Shown here piece after piece: positions 47,840-57,299 of a stretch of 64,000 bases of DNA. The DNA comes from an uncultured Verrucomicrobiae bacterium. GTDB taxonomy: Bacteria > Verrucomicrobiota > Verrucomicrobiia > Chthoniobacterales > UBA10450. Every line of letters starts with the position of its first letter. Position 1 is the stretch's first letter. The translations under genes and the position numbers were made by a program. The DNA is taken from NCBI GenBank assembly GCA_963801815.1, contig CAWDGJ010000003.1, positions 256,001 to 320,000 on the forward strand. The letters are read 5' to 3'. The notes under the pieces were generated by a model. It was not told the DNA's origin. It worked only from the letters and a program-made list of their open reading frames with translations, and ran no database searches.

Positions 47840-49192
47840 ATGGAGCTACGCGTAAAACGAGCGCCTCGGATTGAGGCTGAGATCACGGTCCCCGGCGATA
47901 AGAGCATTTCCCATCGGGCCGCCATCATCGCGGCGTTGTCGAACGGCACGTGCACTTTGCGCGGTTTTTTGCCGAGCGATGATTGCATGCGGACTGTCAA
48001 CGCCTTGCGCGCACTCGGAGTTCAAATTGACCAACCGGAGCCCGACTTGCTGGTTGTTCACGGAAAAAAGCGGGTCCTGACTCCGCCGGCCCAGGAAATT
48101 GATTGCGGCGGGTCCGCGACGACCATGCGGCTTTTTGCGGGTTTGCTCGCCGGCCAAACCTTTGAAACGCGACTTGTTGGAAACGCATCCCTGACTCAGC
48201 GGCCGATGGATCGCGTGATCGAGCCTCTGCGCAAAATGGGCGCCGACATTGTTGCCGAAGGACCGGAACAAACACCGCCGTTGCGAATTCGCGGCGGCGC
48301 CCTGCGCGGCATCAATTATCAATCGCCCGTCGCCAGCGCGCAGGTGAAGAGCGCGATCCTGCTCGCGGGACTTTTCGCCAAGGGAAAAACAACCGTCGAC
48401 GAGCCATTCGCCAGCCGAAATCACACCGAGCTCATGTTTAATTATTTTCTGATTCGCACCGCGAAAGGTGAGGACGACACCGTCAGCGTCTTCGGTGACC
48501 AGATACCAGAGTCGCGCGATTTCACAATTCCGGGCGATATTTCGTCCGCGGCGTTCTGGCTGGTAGCCGCGGCTGCTCAATCTGGCGGACATCTTCTGGT
48601 CCGCAATATCGGATTGAACGACACCCGCACGGCTTTGCTCGGGGTTTTGGTTCGAATGGGCGCACAAGTTCGGGAAGCGGTCGAGGATGTCGATCAACTG
48701 GAACCGCGCGGAGTCGTTGAAGTGACCGGCGTACCGCTGAAAGGGACCGTAATTCATGGCAAAGAAATTCCGCAATTGATCGATGAATTGCCGGTTCTCG
48801 CGGTCGCCGGTGCGTTGGCGAGTGGCACGACAATTATTCGTCATGCTCAGGAGTTGCGAGTTAAGGAAACCGATCGCATCGCGGCGATCGCGCACAATTT
48901 GCGCGGTATGGGCGTTCAGGTGATCGAGCTTAACGATGGCCTCGAGATTCATGGGCCCGCGCCGTTGCGAGGAGCAAAACTGGCGTGCTTTGGGGATCAC
49001 CGCATCGCCATGGCGTTTGCCGTTGCCGGACTTTTCGCCGACGGCGAAACAATCATTCAGGACGCCGAATGCGTCCGCGACTCATATCCCGGATTTGAAA
49101 GAGATTTGGAAGAGTTCATGAGTCCGCGACGAGTTCGCACCAGCACGCCTGTCATCGGTACGCTCGTTCCTGCGGCGCCGGTCGAAGAGTAA
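47840..49192 (+). CDS. aroA: 3-phosphoshikimate 1-carboxyvinyltransferase
   Basis: PGDKSISHR; ASAQVKSA; GDISSA; IDELP; ELRVKETDR; DHRIAM. Confidence 0.96.
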   Translation: MELRVKRAPRIEAEITVPGDKSISHRAAIIAALSNGTCTLRGFLPSDDCMRTVNALRALGVQIDQPEPDLLVVHGKKRVLTPPAQEIDCGGSATTMRLFAGLLAGQTFETRLVGNASLTQRPMDRVIEPLRKMGADIVAEGPEQTPPLRIRGGALRGINYQSPVASAQVKSAILLAGLFAKGKTTVDEPFASRNHTELMFNYFLIRTAKGEDDTVSVFGDQIPESRDFTIPGDISSAAFWLVAAAAQSGGHLLVRNIGLNDTRTALLGVLVRMGAQVREAVEDVDQLEPRGVVEVTGVPLKGTVIHGKEIPQLIDELPVLAVAGALASGTTIIRHAQELRVKETDRIAAIAHNLRGMGVQVIELNDGLEIHGPAPLRGAKLACFGDHRIAMAFAVAGLFADGETIIQDAECVRDSYPGFERDLEEFMSPRRVRTSTPVIGTLVPAAPVEE

Positions 49193-49250
49193 CGCGTGCT
49201 TGCTTCTGCGCGCGTCTCGCGAAAAACTGCGCTGGCCGCGCAAATTAGAG

Positions 49251-49907
49251 ATGCAACTCAGGACTCGACATCGCGTCATCGCAATCGATGGTCCCGCAGC
49301 TTCGGGGAAGAGCAGTGTCGCCCGAGAACTGGCTCGGCGACTTGGCTTTGTCTACGTCAACTCGGGAGCCATGTATCGCGCAGTCACGTGGTCGGTCTTG
49401 CAACATGGAGTCGATCCCGCGGACAAGGATAAGATCGCGAAATTCATCACGAGTCTGAAACTCGAGGGCGAACTCAAAAACGGCGAATTCCGTCTTCGCA
49501 TCGACAATGTCGATCTAACGCCACATTTGAACGAGGATCGGGTGAACAAGGACGTTTCGCGCGTCAGCACGGTCCCGGAAGTTCGTCGAATACTTGTCGA
49601 GCGGATGCGAGGTTATGGACGAGAACACGATCTCGTTGTTGAAGGGCGCGACATTGGCTCAGTCGTTTTTCCAGATACATCCTGCAAGTTTTACATCGAC
49701 GCCTCGCCGGAAGTCCGGGCGCAGCGCCGCGCCGCGCAAGGACAACGCGACGAAATTGCTCGCCGCGATCAGGCCGATTCCTCACGCCCGGCCTCGCCCT
49801 TGGTCGTCGCCCAGGACGCCGAAGTCATCGACACGTCGCATCTGACAGTCGAGCAAGTTGTCGATGAAATTCTTAAGCGATTAGCTCCGAAACAAATCGC
49901 TGAATGA
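49251..49907 (+). CDS. cmk: Cytidylate kinase
   Basis: IAIDGPAASGKS; SGAMYRA; EGRDIGSVVFP; RD..D. Confidence 0.95.
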   Translation: MQLRTRHRVIAIDGPAASGKSSVARELARRLGFVYVNSGAMYRAVTWSVLQHGVDPADKDKIAKFITSLKLEGELKNGEFRLRIDNVDLTPHLNEDRVNKDVSRVSTVPEVRRILVERMRGYGREHDLVVEGRDIGSVVFPDTSCKFYIDASPEVRAQRRAAQGQRDEIARRDQADSSRPASPLVVAQDAEVIDTSHLTVEQVVDEILKRLAPKQIAE

Positions 49908-50518
49908 ATTTCTATTACTGGCTCGGTTATCACCTTAGCCGATGGCTTGCCCGGTTGTTCTTCGGCTTCCGAATTATTCATCGCGAGCGTGTGATTCAGG
50001 ACGGGCCGGTGATTTTAGCGGTGAATCATCAGAGTTTTCTTGATCCGCCGCTGGCCGGTAATGCCAGCGATCGGGCCATTTTTTTCCTAGCCAAGAAATC
50101 ATTGATGGACGCGCCGATTTTGGGCTGGCTGTTGCCCAAGCTCAACGTGATCCCGGTTAATTTGGAGGGTGGTGATCGCGGCGCGCTCAAGGCGTTGCTT
50201 CGAATCCTCAACGCGGGGGAGTGCGCGCTCGTTTTTCCTGAGGGCACGCGCACACCGGACGGAAATTTACAGCCTGCCGAGCCGGGGCTTGGTTTACTCA
50301 TCGCCAAGACGCGCGCACCGGTTGTCCCGATGCGAATCTTCGGCGCCTTCGATGCCTGGCCGATCCACGGAAAATTGCAGTTGTTTCGCAAGATTACCGT
50401 CGTCGTGGGCGAACCGATCTATTTCTCTGAAGCTGATGTGGCCGGTCGTGGAAAAGATCTCTACGCGCGATTGAGCCAGCGAGTCATGGACGCGATCGCG
50501 GTGTTGCAGTTGCCCTGA
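49904..50518 (+). CDS. 1-acyl-sn-glycerol-3-phosphate acyltransferase (PlsC-like)
   Basis: NHQSFLD; FPEGTRT. Confidence 0.9.
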   Translation: MNFYYWLGYHLSRWLARLFFGFRIIHRERVIQDGPVILAVNHQSFLDPPLAGNASDRAIFFLAKKSLMDAPILGWLLPKLNVIPVNLEGGDRGALKALLRILNAGECALVFPEGTRTPDGNLQPAEPGLGLLIAKTRAPVVPMRIFGAFDAWPIHGKLQLFRKITVVVGEPIYFSEADVAGRGKDLYARLSQRVMDAIAVLQLP

Positions 50519-50559
50519 GGTTGATTTGCATCCGTAAGATTGGCGTCGAATAGTTTTGT

Positions 50560-50748
50560 GTGAATCCAGAGCCGAAGGTGTCAAAGAATATCGGCCTCCT
50601 TATGGTAGGCATCGTGATCGGTTTCGCACTCGTTGCGCTTTACGCAAATATTCAGAAACTGCGACGGCCGGCGATTGAGAAGGTTATTTTCACGCCAGCG
50701 GAAGCCTTACCGAAGCAAGCGCCATCGCAGTCGCCGAATGCGCGTTGA
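50560..50748 (+). CDS. Small single-TM hypothetical protein
   Basis: 62 aa, one TM segment, fills the gap on the operon strand. Confidence 0.5.
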   Translation: MNPEPKVSKNIGLLMVGIVIGFALVALYANIQKLRRPAIEKVIFTPAEALPKQAPSQSPNAR

Positions 50749-50780
50749 ATATTTGCACCAATCGGATGTCTAATTAACCC

Positions 50781-51284
50781 ATGAAAATTTCTACCATTTG
50801 TTACGTGTGTTTCGTCGCTTCGCTTGCAAATGCAATGGCGCAGCAATCGACGCCGGTTGTGACTACGACGGCAATGCCCACACCGATTTCGTCGCCGGCC
50901 ACATCGCCAATTGCGTCGCAACATCAAGGACGACTGGTGGTTTCGGATGGTACGCCAATGCCGAGCGCAACGGCGGGAGTCACTACGACGTCGACGACGG
51001 CCAAACAGCCGACTGAAATGGCAGAGCCAACCCTAATTCCGGCTCCGTCGGCGCCGCCCGGCACCCGGTCTCGCCCCTCGGTGAAGCGTGGACAATTCGA
51101 ATCCCTGGCTAAGAAGTTTAATCCACACAAAGTTCAGCCGATGCCGTCTACATCGCCGTCGAGTGCTTCTACCCCAGCTGGTTCGCCGGCGGGAAAGCTC
51201 AGCAAGCAGGAGAGAGGGGAGTCGAAGCACGAGCGCAAAGGGGGATCTGAAAGTGCAGCGCCATCTCCTTCGGCAACGCCTTAG
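50781..51284 (+). CDS. Secreted low-complexity (P/S/T-rich) hypothetical protein
   Basis: Signal peptide ANAMA-Q; disordered composition. Confidence 0.6.
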   Translation: MKISTICYVCFVASLANAMAQQSTPVVTTTAMPTPISSPATSPIASQHQGRLVVSDGTPMPSATAGVTTTSTTAKQPTEMAEPTLIPAPSAPPGTRSRPSVKRGQFESLAKKFNPHKVQPMPSTSPSSASTPAGSPAGKLSKQERGESKHERKGGSESAAPSPSATP

Positions 51285-53974
51285 TCTCTTTCGTGCGCGG
51301 CAAGCTCGCGCGCGTAGGCCAATGTGTCGATCGCGTCCACATTTTTGTCGCGCCGAATCGCTTTGATCCGCGGAAAACGTAGCGCGAGCCCGCTAGCGTG
51401 CCGCCTGCTCTGTTGAATCGAGTTGAACGCCACCTCCAGCACTATCTCCGGTTTGACTTCACGATAACGGCCGTGATCGACGATTGTGTTTTGCTCAAAG
51501 TGTTCGGTCAGCTCCGCGATTTCCACATCGGTCAAACCGCTGTAGGCTTTGCCGATCGGCAATAGCTCACCATTGGTCTCGTCTCGAACGGCAAACGTGT
51601 AATCGCTCAGCACGTTGTTGCGTTTGCCGTGACCAAATTCGGCGCCGACGACAACGACATCAAGGGTCGCCAACTCCTTCTTTAGCTTGAACCAGGACAT
51701 CCCGCGCGCGCCCGGCGTGTAAAAACTTCTCGGATCCTTGATCATAAGGCCTTCGTTCAACCGCCGCCGCGCGTCTTGAAAACGCTGTTCGATTTCGGCG
51801 GCCGACTTCGCCGGGAAAACTTCTGCGACCTGAAATTGCGGAGGCAACTTCAAATCGCGAAAGAGTCCGCGCCGTTCCTCGAGCGGAGTTTTGAGCAACG
51901 ATCGGTCATTTAGCCAAAGAAGATCGAACGCGATAAACATTACCGGAACGTCCGCAGACGCGGTTGCGAACAAATCCGGACCCTCTGTTTTCCTTCCCAG
52001 ACGTTTTTGCAGGTCAAAGAAGGTCAGTTTGCGGCCGCTCTCAAAAGCAACAATTTCGCCATCGGCAATAAGGTTGACATCGAATTTGCGTGCCTGGTCG
52101 GCCAGTTCCGGAAATTGATCGGTAATGCGCCGTAAGTCGCGCGAATAGATTTCCACCCGTTCGGAGTTGCGATGAAGCTGCGCCCGAATGCCGTCGAACT
52201 TATCTTCGACGAGAACCGTGCCGGAATGCTGTTCGGAAAACCGTTCCCAAATCGTCATCGCTGACGGTTCGGGTGTCGCGAGCATGCATTTTATCGGGCG
52301 AAAGATCGACAATTCGGCGCGATCCAGTTCTTTTCGAGATGCCAATAAGGCGGTTTGGCCAATATCGCCCAGCAGCATGTTTGCCTGCTTCACCTGCTCG
52401 AGCGGAACGTCGAATGCCCGCGCGATGGCTTCTTCGACCAGGCCTTCGCGCAAACCGATCCGGAGATCGCCGGTCAAAATTTTGACGACATATTCGCCTT
52501 CGCGCGCAGAGAGATTAGCGAAGTGGATTTGCAACAACTCGGTCTTCGCAATTGGTCCGCGCGCGCGATGAATGTTTTCGAAAAGTTCCCGAGATTCGAG
52601 AATCGTGAATGGTTTGGATTTGGTGCGGCCATCGAGCGCTTCGAACGTAGTCTTGCCGAGATCGCCATGACTGGCGGCGATGCGGTGAAATTCAGCATCG
52701 CTAACCTTCGTAGCGGCGAGCAACGCCCGAACGATCACCGACCAACCGACTTGCAGCGTGCGCAAGTCGCTTTGGGCAAACACGCGTCCGGTAAAATAAG
52801 TCGAGACGATCGAAAGCTGCTCCTCGCGCAGCTTTCGCAAGTGTTCGGCAAGCAAACGGACTTTCTCCAACTTTGCCGGCGTTGCACGGATTGATTCGCC
52901 GACATTGGCGAAGGTTGAGAACTCGGATGTAGCAGCTGCCGGTGTCCCCATTTGCAGTTCTATTGGTTTTGCCGCCGAGACGGCAGAAGATCCAACGTTC
53001 GGCAATTTAAATTCCATCTGATTTTCTTCACTTAAAGCCCAAGCCTCGATGCCACGGTCGCGCAAGTCGCGGGCGAATTCCGCAGCGAACCCGTGCAGCG
53101 TTAACACCCGCTTCGGTTTCACGAGATCGACATATCGAATCAGATCGTTGTAGTCCGCATGATCAGATAGGGGGAAGGCCGCGTCGACTTGGTAGCGGTA
53201 AACCGCGCTTGGATCAACCGCCCACCCACTAATCATCGCCACACGCTTCCGCGCGATTTTCTCGATCATCGGGGAACGGTTCGCGCTCGGTGGGCAGATG
53301 AGGACTTTTCCGGAAACATCGTTCTTATTGTAGCGAACATATTTGCAGAACGACTGACCGAATTGTTCGTAGATGCGCGTCATCTGAAAAATCGATCCGT
53401 GCAGCATGGGCGTGAGACCGGCGCCATCGAGCGAGCACAGGATTTCCTGGGCTTTGCCTAACGAATAACCGAGAAGCACCGGGACAGCGCCGTCGTCGAT
53501 CGAATCGCGGCAGAATGCAACGATCTGTTCGATTACTTGTTCTGTGGGTGGGAATTGGTAGCGCGGCAAACCGAATGTCGTTTCCATGATCAACGTGTCG
53601 GCCTGTCGCCATTCTGCAGGTTCAGCCGATTTTCCGCGGCGCAACTTGAAATCACCGGTGTAAAGCAGCGTTTCGGCTTCGTTTGAGAGAAATAATTGCG
53701 CCGACCCGAAAATGTGGCCGGCCGGCAGCAGCATTAGATCAATATTGTGCACCCGTCGCTGCTCGCCGAACGGAAGCACATATTCGATTCGCGTTCCCGG
53801 CATGCGCGCCTGCATCAGACGCGCAGTGCCTTCGGAGAGAATGATTTCCTTATGCGGCGCGATATGATCGCTGTGTGCGTGCGAAACGAACGCGAGCCGC
53901 TTTGGTTCCCGCGGATCGAGCCATAGGTCGTTTACGGGAAGATAAACCCCGCGGTCATACCGCACTTCGATCAT
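51281..53974 (-). CDS. Fusion of an MBL/beta-CASP-type exonuclease and an ATP-dependent DNA ligase
   Basis: N-part: SHAHSDH, AGHIFGS, YTGD, ETTFG, SDHAD. C-part: EDKFDGIR, DGE, AFDLL, EGLMIK, WFKLK, LRFPR. Confidence 0.92.
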   Translation of the reverse strand: MIEVRYDRGVYLPVNDLWLDPREPKRLAFVSHAHSDHIAPHKEIILSEGTARLMQARMPGTRIEYVLPFGEQRRVHNIDLMLLPAGHIFGSAQLFLSNEAETLLYTGDFKLRRGKSAEPAEWRQADTLIMETTFGLPRYQFPPTEQVIEQIVAFCRDSIDDGAVPVLLGYSLGKAQEILCSLDGAGLTPMLHGSIFQMTRIYEQFGQSFCKYVRYNKNDVSGKVLICPPSANRSPMIEKIARKRVAMISGWAVDPSAVYRYQVDAAFPLSDHADYNDLIRYVDLVKPKRVLTLHGFAAEFARDLRDRGIEAWALSEENQMEFKLPNVGSSAVSAAKPIELQMGTPAAATSEFSTFANVGESIRATPAKLEKVRLLAEHLRKLREEQLSIVSTYFTGRVFAQSDLRTLQVGWSVIVRALLAATKVSDAEFHRIAASHGDLGKTTFEALDGRTKSKPFTILESRELFENIHRARGPIAKTELLQIHFANLSAREGEYVVKILTGDLRIGLREGLVEEAIARAFDVPLEQVKQANMLLGDIGQTALLASRKELDRAELSIFRPIKCMLATPEPSAMTIWERFSEQHSGTVLVEDKFDGIRAQLHRNSERVEIYSRDLRRITDQFPELADQARKFDVNLIADGEIVAFESGRKLTFFDLQKRLGRKTEGPDLFATASADVPVMFIAFDLLWLNDRSLLKTPLEERRGLFRDLKLPPQFQVAEVFPAKSAAEIEQRFQDARRRLNEGLMIKDPRSFYTPGARGMSWFKLKKELATLDVVVVGAEFGHGKRNNVLSDYTFAVRDETNGELLPIGKAYSGLTDVEIAELTEHFEQNTIVDHGRYREVKPEIVLEVAFNSIQQSRRHASGLALRFPRIKAIRRDKNVDAIDTLAYARELAAHERD

Positions 53975-54017
53975 CCAAAAATTTACGCATTAAGCTGACT
54001 GATCCAAGCGGTGTGAA

Positions 54018-54653
54018 TTGACAGATGACGCCAGGACCAGTTTGATTAAGGCGGTGAGGCCCTCAATCGCTTTGCTGCTTTTCATTTCGCTCGTAAGCGC
54101 GCTCGGTCGCGACGAACCGAGGCCGCGTGTGCTGGATCGCGTTGTTCAGTTACCGACGGCGTTGAACGAAGACTTTCAGTTTCGGAAAACGAAACTTTAC
54201 CTTTTGACCGAATCAGTGTCTGGCGAGGACAACACGAATCAGAACCAAAACATGCAGACCAGCGGGAAGGGTGGGAAACTTTCGAACACGGCGCCCTCGA
54301 GTAAATCGACGACTGTACAGGATGCATCCATCCACTTCGAAAGACAGTACCGCCTTTTCGGCGCGGTGACCAAGCTGGACCAACGCGAGCGAATGGGAAA
54401 TTACTTCGATTTTTTCTGGCGCACGCGCCGAAGCGCTGATTTGACGGTCCGTTTGGAATATCGGCAAGAAAAACTGCACAGTCACCTCCAAGCTCAGGAG
54501 ATTTCATACGTCCAAGCGCGCGGTAACTACAAAACCGAATTCAAAGTTGTCGGAGACGATTATTTTGACGACGGACGGGTCATCGCATGGCGCTGTTTAC
54601 TGATCGAAAACGGCCGGATCGTTGCGGAAACGCATTCTTACCTGTGGGAGTGA
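54018..54653 (+). CDS. Conserved-looking hypothetical secreted protein; start probably near GTG 54054
   Basis: Signal-like segment; C-terminal GRVIAWR...SYLWE. Confidence 0.6.
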   Translation: MTDDARTSLIKAVRPSIALLLFISLVSALGRDEPRPRVLDRVVQLPTALNEDFQFRKTKLYLLTESVSGEDNTNQNQNMQTSGKGGKLSNTAPSSKSTTVQDASIHFERQYRLFGAVTKLDQRERMGNYFDFFWRTRRSADLTVRLEYRQEKLHSHLQAQEISYVQARGNYKTEFKVVGDDYFDDGRVIAWRCLLIENGRIVAETHSYLWE

Positions 54654-54679
54654 GCCTCAGTCGCGGGGCCGGGTGCGGT

Positions 54680-54709
54680 TTGACAGCGCCGATGTCAATC
54701 CTGTATTCT
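54680..54709 (+). promoter_or_regulatory. Sigma70-like promoter overlapped by the palindrome TTGACA-N7-TGTCAA
   Basis: TTGACA (54680-85), N18, TATTCT (54704-09); inverted TGTCAA at 54693-98. Confidence 0.55.
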
Positions 54710-54722
54710 TAAGTACTCAGCT

Positions 54723-55235
54723 GTGCAGTCATCGATTTTAGTGGGCGTGAACGGCCCCGCCGTTTGGGTGCGAGTGGAAGGGAAGGGTAACTTCCTTAAC
54801 AGCGGGAGTCTGAAAGAATTCACGCAGGAAATGGTGAACCGCGGTTACCGCGAATTCATTATCGACTTGGAGAATTGCGCGATGATGGATTCTACCTTTA
54901 TGGGAACGCTGGCTGCCGTCGCTCTTCGATTAAGAGAGATCGGTCAGGGCCATCTTCATGTTGTGCATTGCGGCGAGCGAAGTCGCGATCTGCTTTCCGG
55001 ACTTGGTCTCGACCAGATTTTCGACATTCGTTCCAACGGTGCCGCGGCCCCGGAATGCACGGAAGTGAAAGAGAACGCGCCCGAAAGCGCCGATGCCAGA
55101 AAAAAGGAGACAACTGAAACCATGCTCGAAGCACATGAGGCTTTGTGCGATGCCGCGCCGGAAAATCTTTCTCGATTCAAAGACGTTCTCGAATACTTAA
55201 AGCAAGATCTCCATCAATCGGCAGCGGGGAAGTAA
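54723..55235 (+). CDS. STAS-domain protein (anti-anti-sigma factor-like)
   Basis: IDLENC..MDSTFMG.L phosphorylation-site motif; LGLD. Confidence 0.85.
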   Translation: MQSSILVGVNGPAVWVRVEGKGNFLNSGSLKEFTQEMVNRGYREFIIDLENCAMMDSTFMGTLAAVALRLREIGQGHLHVVHCGERSRDLLSGLGLDQIFDIRSNGAAAPECTEVKENAPESADARKKETTETMLEAHEALCDAAPENLSRFKDVLEYLKQDLHQSAAGK

Positions 55236-56681
55236 TTGGTCACGTTCTCGCCAACGGTTCTTTTCTGGCTGCTGGTCGCTTGTCTCGGCCTGTGGGTTTT
55301 TACTTTGCTGCGGCAACGGCGCAGCATTCGCCGGCTGGAGCGGTCGCAGGAGGAAATGCAAATTGAAGAGACACTCGTTTTCGATTTTCTTCACGGACTT
55401 GGCGAAGCTTTCAGCGAAACCATCCGTCCGGCAGATTTGCACCGATTGATTGTTGAGGGCGCAACGCGTGTGCTCGACGCTCAAGGTGGTGCACTTTATC
55501 TCACTGAGCGGACCGGCTCAAAACTCGCGCCGACTTTTATCTCCAAAGGCTGCCCGCCGCTGGTCGATGTTCCGCCGCACATTCTACAACAAGCCGCTGC
55601 CACACCAGCCGCAATGGAAAACTTTCTAAAACTACACACCATTGGATCTGGCGAAGGTTTACTTGGCCGGATCTGGCAAAGTGGCGCTCCGATTTGTTCG
55701 AATGAATTTTCGGAAGCGCCAGAGCTGGCCAAACTTCGAGATAGTTCATTCGGCGCGAGCTCGGTGATGGTTGCGCCGCTTCTTTATGCGAAGCAAAACA
55801 TGGGGGTAATCGCGCTGGCCAACAGCCGATTGGGCGCACCGTTTTCGCAAAACGATTTCGTTGTCTTCAAATCGATCGCCGAACAATCGGCTTTCGCACT
55901 CTACAACGCGATCATTTACTCCGAAGCAAACGAGAAGAAACGGCTGGATCACGATTTGGAAATTGCGCGCGACATTCAGCGCATTCTGCTTCCTGCGGAA
56001 GCGCCAACCATCGACGGATTTGAAATCAATGGGATAAACATCCCTGCGCGGCAGGTCAGCGGCGATTACTTCGATTACATTAAAGTGGATGATGAGCGTC
56101 TGGGCGTAGCAATCGCGGACGTTTCCGGTAAAGGCGTTCCAGCGTCGCTTATCATGGCGATTTGCCGCAGTGTGCTGCGCAGCCAGGCAATTGGAAATCC
56201 GTCGCCCGCGGATGTTCTCCAAAAAGTCAATCGGCAGCTCTATCCCGACATCAAAGAGGACATGTTCATTAGCATGGCCTACCTGATCCTCGATCACGTC
56301 CGGAGCACGGTGACGCTGGCACGCGCCGGTCACGATGCGCCGTTGCTTTACACTCATAAGTCGCAAGCCGTGACGCCGTTAAAAACGCCGGGAATGGTTG
56401 TCGGCATTGACAGTGGAGATGTGTTCGACAGGTTAACCAAAGACGTCGCCGTGCCGCTCGAGCGCGATGATTGCATTCTGCTTTACACGGATGGAATCAC
56501 CGAGGCACTTGACAGCGATGGGAACGAATTTGGGTTGGAACCAACGATGAAAGCCTTTAGGGAGAGCGCAAAACAGGGAGCGCAGGCGATTGTTTCACGG
56601 TTGATCGACGATTTGCGAAATTTCGTCGGGTCGACCCCCCAAAATGACGACATCACTTTGATTGCGATCCGAAAGACATGA
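55236..56681 (+). CDS. GAF plus SpoIIE/RsbU-type PP2C phosphatase with N-terminal TM
   Basis: ARDIQ..LLP; VSGDYFD; ADVSGKG; AGH; YTDGITEA; QNDDITL. Confidence 0.9.
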   Translation: MVTFSPTVLFWLLVACLGLWVFTLLRQRRSIRRLERSQEEMQIEETLVFDFLHGLGEAFSETIRPADLHRLIVEGATRVLDAQGGALYLTERTGSKLAPTFISKGCPPLVDVPPHILQQAAATPAAMENFLKLHTIGSGEGLLGRIWQSGAPICSNEFSEAPELAKLRDSSFGASSVMVAPLLYAKQNMGVIALANSRLGAPFSQNDFVVFKSIAEQSAFALYNAIIYSEANEKKRLDHDLEIARDIQRILLPAEAPTIDGFEINGINIPARQVSGDYFDYIKVDDERLGVAIADVSGKGVPASLIMAICRSVLRSQAIGNPSPADVLQKVNRQLYPDIKEDMFISMAYLILDHVRSTVTLARAGHDAPLLYTHKSQAVTPLKTPGMVVGIDSGDVFDRLTKDVAVPLERDDCILLYTDGITEALDSDGNEFGLEPTMKAFRESAKQGAQAIVSRLIDDLRNFVGSTPQNDDITLIAIRKT

Positions 56682-57217
56682 AAAAAATCCCGGTAACAGA
56701 ATCTGATGCGCCGGCTGCGCCGGCGCAGGCGCAAACGGATGGCGACGATCCGATTGCTGGATTGCAGGCCGATCTCGACAAGTTCCGGGATTTGGCAATG
56801 CGGAGCCAGGCCGATTTCGAGAATTACAAGAAACGTTGCGCCCGCGAAAAAGAGGAAGCGATCAAATACGCAAATAAAAGTCTGCTCGAAAAGCTCGTGT
56901 CGATTGTCGATCACTTCGAGCTCGGATTGGAGGCGGCTCGCGGCGAAGGCGAGAAATCGCCGATTTATTCGGGAATGAGCCTGGTGCTTAAGCAACTCCA
57001 GGATTTTCTGGTCGAAAACGGTTTGCAACCCATTGAGGCTGTCGACCAAAAATTCGATCCAAATCTGCACGAAGCGATTGGTCACGAGCCGAGCGATGAT
57101 GTTCCGGAAGAACACGTGATTCGGCAAACACGCCGCGGTTACCGTTTGAAAGATCGGCTGCTGCGACCGTCCACGGTCGTTGTCTCCAGCGGCCCGGGCA
57201 AGAAAGTGATCAAGTAA
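56678..57217 (+). CDS. grpE: Nucleotide exchange factor GrpE
   Basis: ADFENYKKR; FDPNLHEA; GYRLKDRLLRP. Confidence 0.95.
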   Translation: MKKIPVTESDAPAAPAQAQTDGDDPIAGLQADLDKFRDLAMRSQADFENYKKRCAREKEEAIKYANKSLLEKLVSIVDHFELGLEAARGEGEKSPIYSGMSLVLKQLQDFLVENGLQPIEAVDQKFDPNLHEAIGHEPSDDVPEEHVIRQTRRGYRLKDRLLRPSTVVVSSGPGKKVIK

Positions 57218-57291
57218 CGCGTGACCAGTGATGAGTAAAATCAGGCCTGGCGATTGCTGACCCTCGTCACTCGACAGCTGTCACTCAACAC
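57214..57291. repeat. Tandem-unit palindrome (7-nt unit GTGACNA / TCGTCAC)
   Basis: GTAACGC GTGACCA GTGATGA ... TCGTCAC TCGACAG CTGTCAC TCAACAC. Confidence 0.7.
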
Positions 57292-57299
57292 TTTTTCAA

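Noticed and set aside
50781..51284. P/S/T-rich protein as a RiPP precursor or toxin
   Set aside because: No modifying enzymes, transporter or immunity gene nearby; it looks like a generic disordered secreted protein.
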